Source of the DNA: a virus
Lineage: Duplodnaviria; Caudoviricetes
Reading direction: 5' to 3' (one strand)
DNA: 64,000 nt
IMG/VR virus record: IMGVR_UViG_3300033121_002140
Span: 1 to 64,000 of that record
The notes beneath the pieces are model-generated. The model was not told where the DNA came from. It ran no database searches and worked only from the letters and a program-made list of their open reading frames with translations. Below, piece after piece: positions 17,416 through 26,153 of the stretch; position 1 is the first letter of the stretch; every line of letters begins with the position of its first letter. The translations under genes and the position numbers were made by a program.

Positions 17416-18672
17416 TCAGTCGTCGTCGAGCCACACCTCGTCCACCGGGTCGACGTCCGTCTCCTTGCGGAGCTCGTCGATGCACTCCCTGAGCTCTCGG
17501 ACGGTCTCCTTCACCTCTTCAGGCGCCTGGAACCGCCGCCTTACCACGTATTCTTCGACGTAGACGATGGGCCAGTCCTTGACCGTCTTGAAGGCGTCGG
17601 CGAACTCGGGGCCCAGCAAAGCCTGCACGATCTCGTGGTCGATCACGTCGATCCGGCGGCGCTCGTCGAACCGACCCGGGCGTCGCAGCGGCGCCGGGAT
17701 CTTCTTCTTGTCGTTGCAGGTGCCCAGCACCAGCTTCACACGGCGCTTCAGCATCGTCAGCATCTCGAACATGTGTTCGTGCCCGCCTCGCAGGCGGTCC
17801 AGGTCGTCCACCACGACGGCCTCGGGCCCGAACACGTCCAGGGCCTCGGCCAGCGTCGTGTTCTGCAGCCTGCCCAGGTCCTCGACCCGCAGCCTGAGAC
17901 AACGCAGCCCGAGCTCGTCCACCACCGCACGTGCGAGGCTGGTCTTGCCCGTGCCCGGTGCCCCCCACAGCAGCAGTGATCGCGTGACGCCACCTGCGAT
18001 CGCCCGGCCCAGGTACGCGCTGAGCTCTCGAGAGGTGTGCGAGTGCAGGGGCGCGTCGTCAGAGTCGGGCTCGAATGTGTGATTGACGTGGTCCGTGCTG
18101 CTGTAACTCGCTTCACGGTGACGACGCAGCACGATCGACCTGCCTGCGAAGTGCGTCCACAGCGCCTCCCGGATCCGGGCCCGTGCCTCCTCGATCTGCT
18201 CGCTCCTGACGTACACGTGCTTGCTGGGCCTGTCGAACATGAGCCTGTCGTGCAGCCAGGCCACCTCGCAACCGTCCAGGTCGGCCACGATGATCTGGAT
18301 GCCGGGCCGGGTCGTCGCCATGATACGGCAGGACCTCCTGCGCAGGACCTCGATGATGGTCTTGTTGAACTCGCTGGCGTAGGGCACGGCCCACTCGTCC
18401 CCGTCAAAGTACGTGTCGGGATCGACCTCGGCGGCCGTCACGAGCACCTTGCACACCCGCGCGGCGACGTGCAGGAGGCCGAGTGCGGTGGGCTTTCCGC
18501 CCACCAGGGGCTGGACAGCGTCCGACAGGTCCTGCGCGAGCGCGACGCTGCGCCTGACGGGGGGTTGGTTCACGAACGAGCGACAGACATCGAGCGCGCG
18601 CATCCCGCTCTGGACGGGCGCAGTGCGCATGATGCGCGCAGTGATCGGATCGCGTTGGGATTGGGACTGCAT
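17416..18672 (-). CDS. AAA+ ATPase
   Basis: Walker A GAPGTGKT, Walker B AVVVDD, sensor TCN, arginine finger RPGRFD; start re-assigned. Confidence 0.9.
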   Translation of the reverse strand: MQSQSQRDPITARIMRTAPVQSGMRALDVCRSFVNQPPVRRSVALAQDLSDAVQPLVGGKPTALGLLHVAARVCKVLVTAAEVDPDTYFDGDEWAVPYASEFNKTIIEVLRRRSCRIMATTRPGIQIIVADLDGCEVAWLHDRLMFDRPSKHVYVRSEQIEEARARIREALWTHFAGRSIVLRRHREASYSSTDHVNHTFEPDSDDAPLHSHTSRELSAYLGRAIAGGVTRSLLLWGAPGTGKTSLARAVVDELGLRCLRLRVEDLGRLQNTTLAEALDVFGPEAVVVDDLDRLRGGHEHMFEMLTMLKRRVKLVLGTCNDKKKIPAPLRRPGRFDERRRIDVIDHEIVQALLGPEFADAFKTVKDWPIVYVEEYVVRRRFQAPEEVKETVRELRECIDELRKETDVDPVDEVWLDDD

Positions 18673-19085
18673 CACGCGACGGCTCCCGGCGCTGGGATGG
18701 TCACCACCATCCAAGTGAGCCCGACCCACCTGGGCGACTCGCTGTTGACGTCCTCGCAGGCATCGTCCCTGAACGTGACCTTGAGACCCATCGACTGCAG
18801 CCGCTGCAGCACCTTTCCGCACCAGCCCTTCCTCATGTCACGTTCGTCCTCGGCACACAGCAGGTCGACCGTGCCCTGGCCCTGAGCGGTCGCATCGGCG
18901 ACCCTCTTGGGCAGGCACTCCAGGAAGTCGTCCGCCTGCTTCCAGAGGGCCTCTTCCTCGGCCTGCCTCTTCCGCTCCTGCTCCTCGCGCTCGCGGCGCT
19001 CGTGTTCCTGCCTTTCGGCTGCGATTGACGGAGCGCGCCGAGCCCCCTCTTCGGCCGCACGCCTGATGTCTTCCATCGTCAGCAT
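18672..19085 (-). CDS. hypothetical protein with charged coiled coil
   Basis: GGAG RBS; TGATG overlaps at both ends. Confidence 0.7.
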   Translation of the reverse strand: MLTMEDIRRAAEEGARRAPSIAAERQEHERREREEQERKRQAEEEALWKQADDFLECLPKRVADATAQGQGTVDLLCAEDERDMRKGWCGKVLQRLQSMGLKVTFRDDACEDVNSESPRWVGLTWMVVTIPAPGAVA

Positions 19086-19393
19086 CACCTCGACTCCTTC
19101 ATCTGCTGTGCGATAGCGTTGAGCGCGATCAGGGGCCAGCCGCCCGAAGGCGCCATCCAGACCCACTGGCCCATGTGGTCCTTGTTGAGGGCGACCTCGA
19201 CGAAGTTGCTCCGGACGAGCCGATCGGACATGCCACGCGGCACACCCGGCATCGACTGCACGACGCTGACGACGCGCGCACGGCAATTCTCGTTCGGGGG
19301 CAGCATCGCGCCCTCCCACACGATCCTGGGCGCGAGGTCGCCCGGTGCGCCAAGAGGACCATCAAGCCCTCCCTGGTCTCTGTAGGGATGCAT
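19085..19393 (-). CDS. hypothetical protein
   Basis: TGATG overlap with fpg stop. Confidence 0.6.
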   Translation of the reverse strand: MHPYRDQGGLDGPLGAPGDLAPRIVWEGAMLPPNENCRARVVSVVQSMPGVPRGMSDRLVRSNFVEVALNKDHMGQWVWMAPSGGWPLIALNAIAQQMKESR

Positions 19394-20223
19394 CACTTCT
19401 GCCTTTCTGGGCACCACCACGTGGTGCGTCCGTCCAAAGTCTCCTCGGCGACCACAGCGAGCCCGTCTGGATCGTGCTTCCGCGCATAGCACATGAAGCG
19501 TGAGGTGGCGGAACCCACCTTACCCTCCGGGTCGCGATAGGACTCGATCGTGGCACCACCCAGGGCATACGATTCACGCAGCACCGCTATGATGGCCTCA
19601 TGCAGCGCCACGATCTCATGCGTTCTGAGCCTGTGGACGACCCTGTGGGGCGACAACCGCGCGTGCCACAGGGACTCTGCTTTCACATAGTTGCCCACGC
19701 CGCTGATCGTGCCTTGGTCCATCAGGGCCTCTGCCAGCGTGGCCCTGGGACGTCGCAGGATCCGCAGCGCGAACTCCTCGGGTCCCGGGGGCGCGGCCAG
19801 CATGTCAGGCCCGAGCGACGCGAGCTTCCGGTCGAGCGCGGCCTGCCCCTCCACGAACTTCAGGGTGCCGAAGTGCCGGACGTCGTCGAATGACAGCCGG
19901 ACTCCGCCTTCCAGCTCAAACACGAAGGCGGGATGGGTGGGCTCAAGCGTGGTCCACCCGCCCGTCATGCCGTAGGTGCAGAACAGGTGCCAGCGGTCCG
20001 CGGGCGCGTCGTGCAGGCGACCTAGGCGCCACCACATGAACTTGCCCTTCACGTCGACCTCGAGCAGGCGGGCGTCCGGATCGGACGCCCACGTCCACTC
20101 CGCGAAGCCCACGGGAGGCGTGGTCACGTAGCGGCCGCCCGCCGTCCTGGCGTCCTGGACCCGGAGACCCACGAATTGCTGCAGCGCGTCCCGGCTGTGC
20201 CGGAGCTCAGGCCCCTCGGGCAT
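19393..20223 (-). CDS. fpg: Fpg/Nei-family DNA glycosylase/AP lyase (zincless finger type)
   Basis: N-terminal MPEGPE, KGKF, H2TH LMDQGTISGVGNYVKAESLW, GRTTWWCP. Confidence 0.95.
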   Translation of the reverse strand: MPEGPELRHSRDALQQFVGLRVQDARTAGGRYVTTPPVGFAEWTWASDPDARLLEVDVKGKFMWWRLGRLHDAPADRWHLFCTYGMTGGWTTLEPTHPAFVFELEGGVRLSFDDVRHFGTLKFVEGQAALDRKLASLGPDMLAAPPGPEEFALRILRRPRATLAEALMDQGTISGVGNYVKAESLWHARLSPHRVVHRLRTHEIVALHEAIIAVLRESYALGGATIESYRDPEGKVGSATSRFMCYARKHDPDGLAVVAEETLDGRTTWWCPERQK

Positions 20224-20428
20224 CGTCTTCTCCGCGCGGGGCCCGTCGGCCGACGGGCCCCCTGAGGTTCTCGATCGCGACCGTCATGATCCTCGTCTTG
20301 CCCGCCGAGACCCCGTAGTGCTCGGGCAGGATGCCCAGCACGACCACCGCGGGCACGCCCCTGCGTGTGTCCGTCCAGAGCACGAGGGCGAGTCCGTTCA
20401 TGTCCCACCGAAAGAGCTCACCGGGCAT
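20207..20428 (-). CDS. small SH3/KOW-like paralog-family protein
   Basis: MPGELF...ALVLW...VVVL; AGGAGG RBS. Confidence 0.65.
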   Translation of the reverse strand: MPGELFRWDMNGLALVLWTDTRRGVPAVVVLGILPEHYGVSAGKTRIMTVAIENLRGPVGRRAPRGEDDARGA

Positions 20429-20627
20429 GCCGTCCTCCTGGCATGAGCCTGCGCAAGAACGCAGTTTCCCATACGTTCTCGACATGACCAGAGCTGAGCA
20501 GCACCAAAACAACGTCCATTGCGTCGTCGTCTTTTCCCGTCGATCGTACGGCAAGGACGAGGCCCAGCTCACGGGTTCGATAACGCCCGATCAGCCATGT
20601 CTCTCCCGGACGCTGAACCTCAGGCAC
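20418..20627 (-). CDS. small SH3/KOW-like paralog-family protein
   Basis: QRPGETW...GLVLAV...VLVLLSSG. Confidence 0.75.
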   Translation of the reverse strand: MPEVQRPGETWLIGRYRTRELGLVLAVRSTGKDDDAMDVVLVLLSSGHVENVWETAFLRRLMPGGRHAR

Positions 20628-21204
20628 CGGGCGGCTCCGTCCACAGCGAGCCCTCGGTCTCCCGGGCGAGCTCGACCAGCTCCGAGAGCGGACGCAGGCA
20701 TCGACGTTCCATCATGAGCAGGCCCTCGATGCCCGGGATCTCGCAGGGCCTGAAGAGCTCGGGCAGGCCCATGGTCCAGCCCGGCGCCTCGAACCACAGG
20801 TCGTAGTTTCGCACGCCTCTGATTGGCCATGGACCATCCGTTGGACCGAGCACGTCGCCCAACACGTACGCGACGTGCGGACGCAGGTGACCAGGCGTGA
20901 TGAGCAGGTTATTGCGCGAGTGCGGTCTCCTGCGCGAGAAGGTTGACTTGGCGTCGATCGCGAGCCCGCCGGCCCGAAAGTCGAGCCAGAAGTCCTCGGG
21001 GTGGTGCGCGCCCACGCGCGCCAGGTGTTCACGGCACCGCTCCAGCACGGTCGAACCCAAGTGCCTCGCCAGGGCGAGCTCCCAGCGGGCGCCGAGGTAC
21101 GTGTGCCCATACACCTTGCGCTTGGCCTCGACCATGTAGACCGCGTACTCGTGCGCGGCATCGTGATCCTCGGCCGGTCCCACCACGATGGGTTCCTGCG
21201 TCAT
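20620..21204 (-). CDS. possible PD-(D/E)XK nuclease-like protein
   Basis: DF....IDAKS pattern; TATGTT -10 box 7 nt upstream. Confidence 0.55.
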   Translation of the reverse strand: MTQEPIVVGPAEDHDAAHEYAVYMVEAKRKVYGHTYLGARWELALARHLGSTVLERCREHLARVGAHHPEDFWLDFRAGGLAIDAKSTFSRRRPHSRNNLLITPGHLRPHVAYVLGDVLGPTDGPWPIRGVRNYDLWFEAPGWTMGLPELFRPCEIPGIEGLLMMERRCLRPLSELVELARETEGSLWTEPPGA

Positions 21205-21235
21205 GCACAGGAACATAGCGCGTGGGCAGAGGCTT

Positions 21236-21466
21236 CTACAGCCGCATCTTGCTCCGCAGGGGATGCAACCAGGCGGGCGCAACATGCGACAGCAGCGTCT
21301 CGCCTGCACGCAGAACAGTCACCCAAGTATCCGTGGGATCGTCGTCCACCGCCAGCACCAGCACGGGCATTGGTGCCACGGACGCGATGTACGTGCACGT
21401 CATGCCCGGGCTCAACCTGCGACCGCGCCCGGTGTTGCCGGTCCGGACGACCTCATGCTTGCGCAT
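21236..21466 (-). CDS. small SH3/KOW-like paralog-family protein
   Basis: LSPGMT...VLVLAV...WVTVLRAG. Confidence 0.7.
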   Translation of the reverse strand: MRKHEVVRTGNTGRGRRLSPGMTCTYIASVAPMPVLVLAVDDDPTDTWVTVLRAGETLLSHVAPAWLHPLRSKMRL

Positions 21467-21894
21467 CAGCGCTGCCGGGGGTGCATGACCGGCTGGCCGC
21501 CCCTGGTCGGATCCTTGAAAGCAGCGTAGTCCAAGGCGTCCTGCCAGCCCTCGGGCGAGGCGGGAAAGCGGGCCGCGGGGGCAGGCGCCTCGTCGGGCCC
21601 GCGCTGGGCGGCCTTCTTGGGGTCTGCGAAGTGCGGGTCCATCTTGCGCCACCGCATTCCCGCCGCGGCCGTGGTGTTCAGGAGCACCAGCACCTTGCGG
21701 CCTTCGTAAGCACAGCGACGGCAGCTCGGGTACAGGACCTCGAGCACCATGTGCGGTCCGACGGACTCGACCCGCTGGACCTGGAACTCGTCCGGTCTTG
21801 GGCTGTTGTCGCTCCCGTACACGGTGGGTGCATAGGAGATCTGAGGCCGGTTGGAACCGCAGTTGGGATCGCCAGGGGCGTGTCGACAGATCAT
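21466..21894 (-). CDS. hypothetical phage protein
   Basis: natural sequence (YPSC..CAYEGRKVLV, DPHF, ARFP); AGGAG RBS. Confidence 0.75.
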   Translation of the reverse strand: MICRHAPGDPNCGSNRPQISYAPTVYGSDNSPRPDEFQVQRVESVGPHMVLEVLYPSCRRCAYEGRKVLVLLNTTAAAGMRWRKMDPHFADPKKAAQRGPDEAPAPAARFPASPEGWQDALDYAAFKDPTRGGQPVMHPRQR

Positions 21895-22427
21895 CTTCTC
21901 GTGTCTCCTGTCATCAGAGGTACACCACGTGACCGTCGCTTCGACACAGGCGGGGACTCCACGACGATCGCCCCGTCAGGCAACAGCAGCGTCACGGTCT
22001 TGCCCAGGGCGTGTGCCTTCCTCACGGCGTCTTCCGTGCCGCCCGTCCTATCGGCAGCCACCTGTGCGAGCAGGTCGTGACCCAGGCCCACGACGCGGGA
22101 ATTTCGAGCATGAAGCAGCGCGGTGTGCACCCAGCGCGCTGAGCCCTTTGGTGCAGGCTCTGGCAGGAACCTGATCATGGTCAGGCCCATCGCTGCCGCG
22201 ACCAGCTCTGCGCTCCGGTCCGCGCCCTGGGCACATCCGCCCGACACGAGGACGACAGGCCGATCCCGCGCGCGCTCGACCCTGTCGACCACCGCGAGCA
22301 GCACCTGGTCCCGGTCCGCGGCCGTGTCGCGCCTGCGCGAGCCCCCGACCGCGAGCAGCACAACGTCCGTGGGCGGCGTCCACGGCAGCTCCGCCCAACC
22401 CACGACGTCGATCAGCTCGTGAGCCAT
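21891..22427 (-). CDS. SLOG (YspA/DprA-like) nucleotide-binding protein
   Basis: VGGSR, VSGGCAQGADR, ARNSRVV, GGTEDAVRKA. Confidence 0.85.
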   Translation of the reverse strand: MAHELIDVVGWAELPWTPPTDVVLLAVGGSRRRDTAADRDQVLLAVVDRVERARDRPVVLVSGGCAQGADRSAELVAAAMGLTMIRFLPEPAPKGSARWVHTALLHARNSRVVGLGHDLLAQVAADRTGGTEDAVRKAHALGKTVTLLLPDGAIVVESPPVSKRRSRGVPLMTGDTRR

Positions 22428-22612
22428 GGTGCCACGAAGACTGGGACGTAGGGTGCCCAGACGTAGGCCACATCGCAGTACATGGGCGCATCTGTCCGGG
22501 GCTCCGCGTGGCCCACGCGCGGGCGGACGCCCACGATCATGCGGTCGATGTACTCACACAGGGACTCATCCGGCCGAGGACGTCGATCCCTGCTTTGGTC
22601 AACGTGCTCCAT
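22412..22612 (-). CDS. small protein ending in a gp23-like YxxAPYVP motif
   Basis: DVAYVWAPYVPVF; TAGTGT -10 box 8 nt upstream. Confidence 0.6.
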   Translation of the reverse strand: MEHVDQSRDRRPRPDESLCEYIDRMIVGVRPRVGHAEPRTDAPMYCDVAYVWAPYVPVFVAPWLTS

Positions 22613-22623
22613 GAGCAGCAACA

Positions 22624-22845
22624 CTACGTTGTGGCTCTGCCGTTCTTCAACCCGTGGACCACCATGAGACCCTCGTGAATGATGTCTGTCAGCCTGCCAG
22701 ACGCATCCAGCACGGAGCACGCTGGGTCGCCGCGTGAGACCAGCAGGCCGACGTGGTCCTTCGCGCCGTGGATCGCCCAGGTCGACCACCGCACGACTGC
22801 GCCGGGCCTGAGCCCGCGCCGCGGGATGGGGAAGTCACGCTTCAT
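22624..22845 (-). CDS. small SH3/KOW-like paralog-family protein
   Basis: LRPGAVV...GLLVS...CSVL; GGAGAGG RBS. Confidence 0.7.
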   Translation of the reverse strand: MKRDFPIPRRGLRPGAVVRWSTWAIHGAKDHVGLLVSRGDPACSVLDASGRLTDIIHEGLMVVHGLKNGRATT

Positions 22846-22861
22846 CGGAACCTCTCCGGGC

Positions 22862-23040
22862 CTACTTGACCCATGCCTTGGAGATGATCTCAGGCCGTGA
22901 CTGGCCCGCCTTGAGCACGAGGCACAGCCAGCCTGGGGCATTCTGCCACATGATCCTCGAGGCCAACACCAGGCACGCGCCGGGTGCCAGGGATAGACGG
23001 TGCGCGCCAGGTCTCCTGGTGTAGGATCAGGATCATCCAT
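22862..23040 (-). pseudogene. frameshifted SH3/KOW-like paralog
   Basis: PTPGDLARTVY in one frame and APGACLVLASRIMWQNAPGWLCLVLKAG...WVK* in another; span 179 nt is one base short of a codon multiple. Confidence 0.6.
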
Positions 23041-23057
23041 GTCAGTGTCGGACTTGA

Positions 23058-23441
23058 TCACCCGAGCACCGTCCGGGCGCCCGCCAGCAGCTTGACAGTG
23101 AGCAGGTCGGGCTTGAGCGCAGCCTCCATGGGCGTGAAGCAAAAGCAGCAACCCTCGGTCTCGTTCCAGGTCTCGACCAGGCCGTAGCCCTGGTCCGCCT
23201 CGTCGACCTCGACCCTGAGGACCTCGCACACGAGCGGTTCCCGCACGGTGCCGTAGTGCTTCAACACCACCAGCCTATCGCCCTGCCTGGCGTCGAGCCG
23301 GAAGCCGTCCTGGTTCGCGTTCAGGACCACGCCGTCAGGCAGGGACGAAACGTGGACGTTTCTGTGCAGTTTCTTGGGTGCCGGGCCCAGGCGGGGCTCG
23401 TCTGACTTCTTATCGGTGCCGGGCAGCTTGCGCCTGATCAT
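23058..23441 (-). CDS. hypothetical protein
   Basis: GTGGTAGGTT extended -10 close to ATG 23441. Confidence 0.7.
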   Translation of the reverse strand: MIRRKLPGTDKKSDEPRLGPAPKKLHRNVHVSSLPDGVVLNANQDGFRLDARQGDRLVVLKHYGTVREPLVCEVLRVEVDEADQGYGLVETWNETEGCCFCFTPMEAALKPDLLTVKLLAGARTVLG

Positions 23442-23489
23442 GGTCGAACCTACCACGGTCCGGACCCACCAAACACGGCATCGAATCTG

Positions 23490-23966
23490 TCAGTGAGCCG
23501 CGCACGCGCTGTTCGGTGCCGAGATCATGCCGACCGCGTGCGTTCGCTCGACCCTGGGTCGGGACTCGACCTCGCGCCTGAAGTACAGGTCACACCTGTG
23601 CGGTCCCGCGGACTGGACAGGCGGGACCGTGACGGAGACCAGCTCCCAGCCCAGCGATCCCAGCCTGTCCGCGACTCTGACGACCTCGTCCCGGTCGACC
23701 GAGCGCTCGTCCTTGTGCTCGAATGTCCTCATGGGTCCCATCTTACGTTCGTCAGGCTTGTCGCAACACGTCACCGCATGCTGGATGACGCCCAACGCGA
23801 GTCGGACCTGGGCCAGGGCATGGCCCAGCGCGCGCCTGCGCTCAGGATCCATGCCGTCGAGACAACGGCACGGGCCGTTGGTGCCCTGCCCACGCGGGGG
23901 CATGATGCGGCATGAGTGACTCATGCAGCCCGCGGTCCTCAGGGCCTCAAGGACGCCTGAGATCAC
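23490..23966 (-). CDS. hypothetical protein (Cys cluster plus LGxxGWELVSV motif)
   Basis: GTGA overlap with alkB stop; DUF4177-like C-terminal motif. Confidence 0.6.
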   Translation of the reverse strand: MISGVLEALRTAGCMSHSCRIMPPRGQGTNGPCRCLDGMDPERRRALGHALAQVRLALGVIQHAVTCCDKPDERKMGPMRTFEHKDERSVDRDEVVRVADRLGSLGWELVSVTVPPVQSAGPHRCDLYFRREVESRPRVERTHAVGMISAPNSACAAH

Positions 23967-24664
23967 GGTGCCTCCCGGCGCACGTCCAACGGCGCCCACT
24001 CTGCTCGGGTCCGGGAGTAGCCCCTGAAGGTGAGCGAGACCCTGGGCCCGCATGGCCGGCTCGCCTTCGGGATCCTGTGCTGCCATGCCTCCTGCATGCC
24101 CGGCGCCATCAGGCACAGGCTCCCTCCCGTGAGGAGCAGGCGCTCGGTGGGTCCTGAGTCGACGCGGCGTCCGGCGCCGATCCGCTCGATCCCGCGACGG
24201 TCGGGCACCGCCCCGTCGCGCCTGTCGCCCTCCGCCTCCACGAGTGCGGGAGGCTTGGGTCGGAACCAGATCTCGCGCGCCGCCCCGAGGCTGACCACGG
24301 CGATGGGCCGTGCGTCGTCCATCTCGGGCGAGTCGTCCGCGTGCCAGCCCAGGTGGTCCGAGCCGTCGTCGTAGCGGTTCAAGAAGCACACCTCGAAGGC
24401 AGTGCCCGTCCGCGCCTCCAGCGCGGTCCTGACGGCGACGATCGCTGGGTGCCAGGGCGAGGGCACGTACAGGCGACGGCCCCTGCCGCGACCGTACACG
24501 TACGGGTCAGGATAGTCGTTGCAGTAGTACTCATGCCTGGGCGTGTCGCCCCTGCGCTCCCATGCCAGCTCCTCAAGCAGGGTGCGCAGCACATGCGAGT
24601 GCTCGGGCACGAAATCGTCGATGTGTTCGACAGGAGCCTTGTCGGCAACGGGATCGTCGTTCAT
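23963..24664 (-). CDS. alkB: AlkB-family 2OG-Fe(II) dioxygenase
   Basis: NRYDDGSDHLGWHADD (HxD), VVSLGAAR, HRIPK, RVSLTFR. Confidence 0.93.
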   Translation of the reverse strand: MNDDPVADKAPVEHIDDFVPEHSHVLRTLLEELAWERRGDTPRHEYYCNDYPDPYVYGRGRGRRLYVPSPWHPAIVAVRTALEARTGTAFEVCFLNRYDDGSDHLGWHADDSPEMDDARPIAVVSLGAAREIWFRPKPPALVEAEGDRRDGAVPDRRGIERIGAGRRVDSGPTERLLLTGGSLCLMAPGMQEAWQHRIPKASRPCGPRVSLTFRGYSRTRAEWAPLDVRREAP

Positions 24665-24702
24665 GGCCTCAGGCGACTGTAATGCATGGCAGGGCGCAGT
24701 TT

Positions 24703-24978
24703 TCACCGTGTGCCCGGCTCGACGAACAGCTCCCCGTCGGAGAAGAGAGTCAGCCTGCTGTGCGTGGGACCATCCTGCCAGAGCAGCATGCACATCCTGG
24801 CACAGACGACACGACGCGTCGTGGTCTCGAGCATGTGGGCATTTTTGGACGGCGTCGCCGGCACGGACGAGAGCACGAGCGGGGCAGGCATCCCGAACCA
24901 CAGCGTGTCGAGCGCCCGGCCTGGCAGCAGATCGTGCTCGCAGAATTTTCTAGGAGCCTGCACCATGAGCACCCACAC
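24703..24978 (-). CDS. small SH3/KOW-like paralog-family protein
   Basis: LLPGRAL...PLVLS...CMLL; start uncertain. Confidence 0.55.
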   Translation of the reverse strand: MWVLMVQAPRKFCEHDLLPGRALDTLWFGMPAPLVLSSVPATPSKNAHMLETTTRRVVCARMCMLLWQDGPTHSRLTLFSDGELFVEPGTR

Positions 24979-25420
24979 GCGTCAGCGCCCGCGTCTTCTT
25001 GCCCAGCCACTCCCAGTAGCGCACCAGCGCATGGTCCCTCGGGGGTTCATCGCCGATGATGCCGCGACAGAAGATGTCGTGCGCCCGGCCAGCGTACTGG
25101 CCCACGCCCAGGAGGTCCCGCGAGTCCACCCAACCGGGCCTCAGGTAATCCCGTGAAAGCCCGATGAGGGTCACTGCCCTTCTGTTGCCGAAGCCCAGGG
25201 GCGTGACCAGAGCAGACACGTCGGCGACGTCTGCGTCAGACAGGGCCCGCGCGGTGGGCCAGAGCGAGAGGAACGTGGGCAGCACCCGCTCGACCTGCCG
25301 GCGCTGGGTGCAGTTGAGCATCACGCACGCGACCAGGATGGCCCACTCGTCTGGAAAAAGATCCTCTTGAATCAGGCTGTAGGGGCTTCTGGGTGGGCAC
25401 CAACCGAGCTTGATGGGCAT
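24950..25420 (-). CDS. MBD4-like HhH-GPD DNA mismatch glycosylase
   Basis: WCPPRSPYSLIQEDLF, LNCT, PLGF..RA, HhH LLGVGQYA, IFC, catalytic-region PRDHAL..YWEWL. Confidence 0.9.
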   Translation of the reverse strand: MPIKLGWCPPRSPYSLIQEDLFPDEWAILVACVMLNCTQRRQVERVLPTFLSLWPTARALSDADVADVSALVTPLGFGNRRAVTLIGLSRDYLRPGWVDSRDLLGVGQYAGRAHDIFCRGIIGDEPPRDHALVRYWEWLGKKTRALTRVGAHGAGS

Positions 25421-25433
25421 GGCTCCTCTTGGA

Positions 25434-25724
25434 TCACGAGGCGTCGAGCGCCTCGAGCTCGAGCACCCGAGCGCGACCGGCCCGGGACAGGCCCTGCACG
25501 ACGATCATGACCACGGTGCCGCGACTGTCCAGTGCAGCGCCCCACACAGCGGTGTGAAGCTGCTGTCGTCGACCCCACGGCACGGAACGACCGCTGGATT
25601 CGACCCAGAGGACCAGGAAGGGCCCGCGCTCGTGGCACCAGTCGTCCAGCCTGTCGTCGACGATACCGGTGACGTCGCGCAGCACCCTGCCCGGTCGGAT
25701 CGACGGGACCATCTTCTTGCCCAT
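25434..25724 (-). CDS. small SH3/KOW-like paralog-family protein
   Basis: IRPGRVL...FLVLWV...AALDSRG. Confidence 0.7.
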   Translation of the reverse strand: MGKKMVPSIRPGRVLRDVTGIVDDRLDDWCHERGPFLVLWVESSGRSVPWGRRQQLHTAVWGAALDSRGTVVMIVVQGLSRAGRARVLELEALDAS

Positions 25725-25730
25725 CGTCGG

Positions 25731-26141
25731 TCAGGGGCATCGCTCGACGACCCAGAGCGCGTAGTACATGTCGGCACCGAACCTGCCGTGGTCGTCGTCG
25801 AGGCCCAGCTTCGTGGGCCTGTCCACCGTCACGACGCACGTGTTCTCGGTCGCGTCCTCGGGCCGGACGTTGAGGTCGAACCGCCTGTAGTCGGCGCGGT
25901 TGTGCATGGAGTACGCGCGGACCGTGAGCCTGCCGTACAGCATCCCCTCCGGGTCGTCCACCGTGACCCTGTGGACCGTGCCATGGAACAGCACGCGTTC
26001 CTCCCCGCAGAGCCGGCGGAGCCGGCGCACCTCCACCGTGTCGCCTGCCTTGACCCTGAAGACCTCCAGCAGCGCTCGGGTCGCCTGCCTCTCGATGTCG
26101 CCCATGCGGGTCATGTACCACACCCGTCCGGCGTGGAACAC
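25731..26141 (-). CDS. hypothetical protein (SH3-like VKAGDTVEV)
   Basis: natural-looking sequence in operon context; start uncertain. Confidence 0.6.
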   Translation of the reverse strand: MFHAGRVWYMTRMGDIERQATRALLEVFRVKAGDTVEVRRLRRLCGEERVLFHGTVHRVTVDDPEGMLYGRLTVRAYSMHNRADYRRFDLNVRPEDATENTCVVTVDRPTKLGLDDDHGRFGADMYYALWVVERCP

Positions 26142-26153
26142 CTGAGCGCTTGC

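Noticed and set aside
468-26141. Diversity-generating retroelement as the source of SH3-paralog diversity
   Set aside because: No reverse transcriptase and no template/variable repeat pair differing only at adenines in this window.
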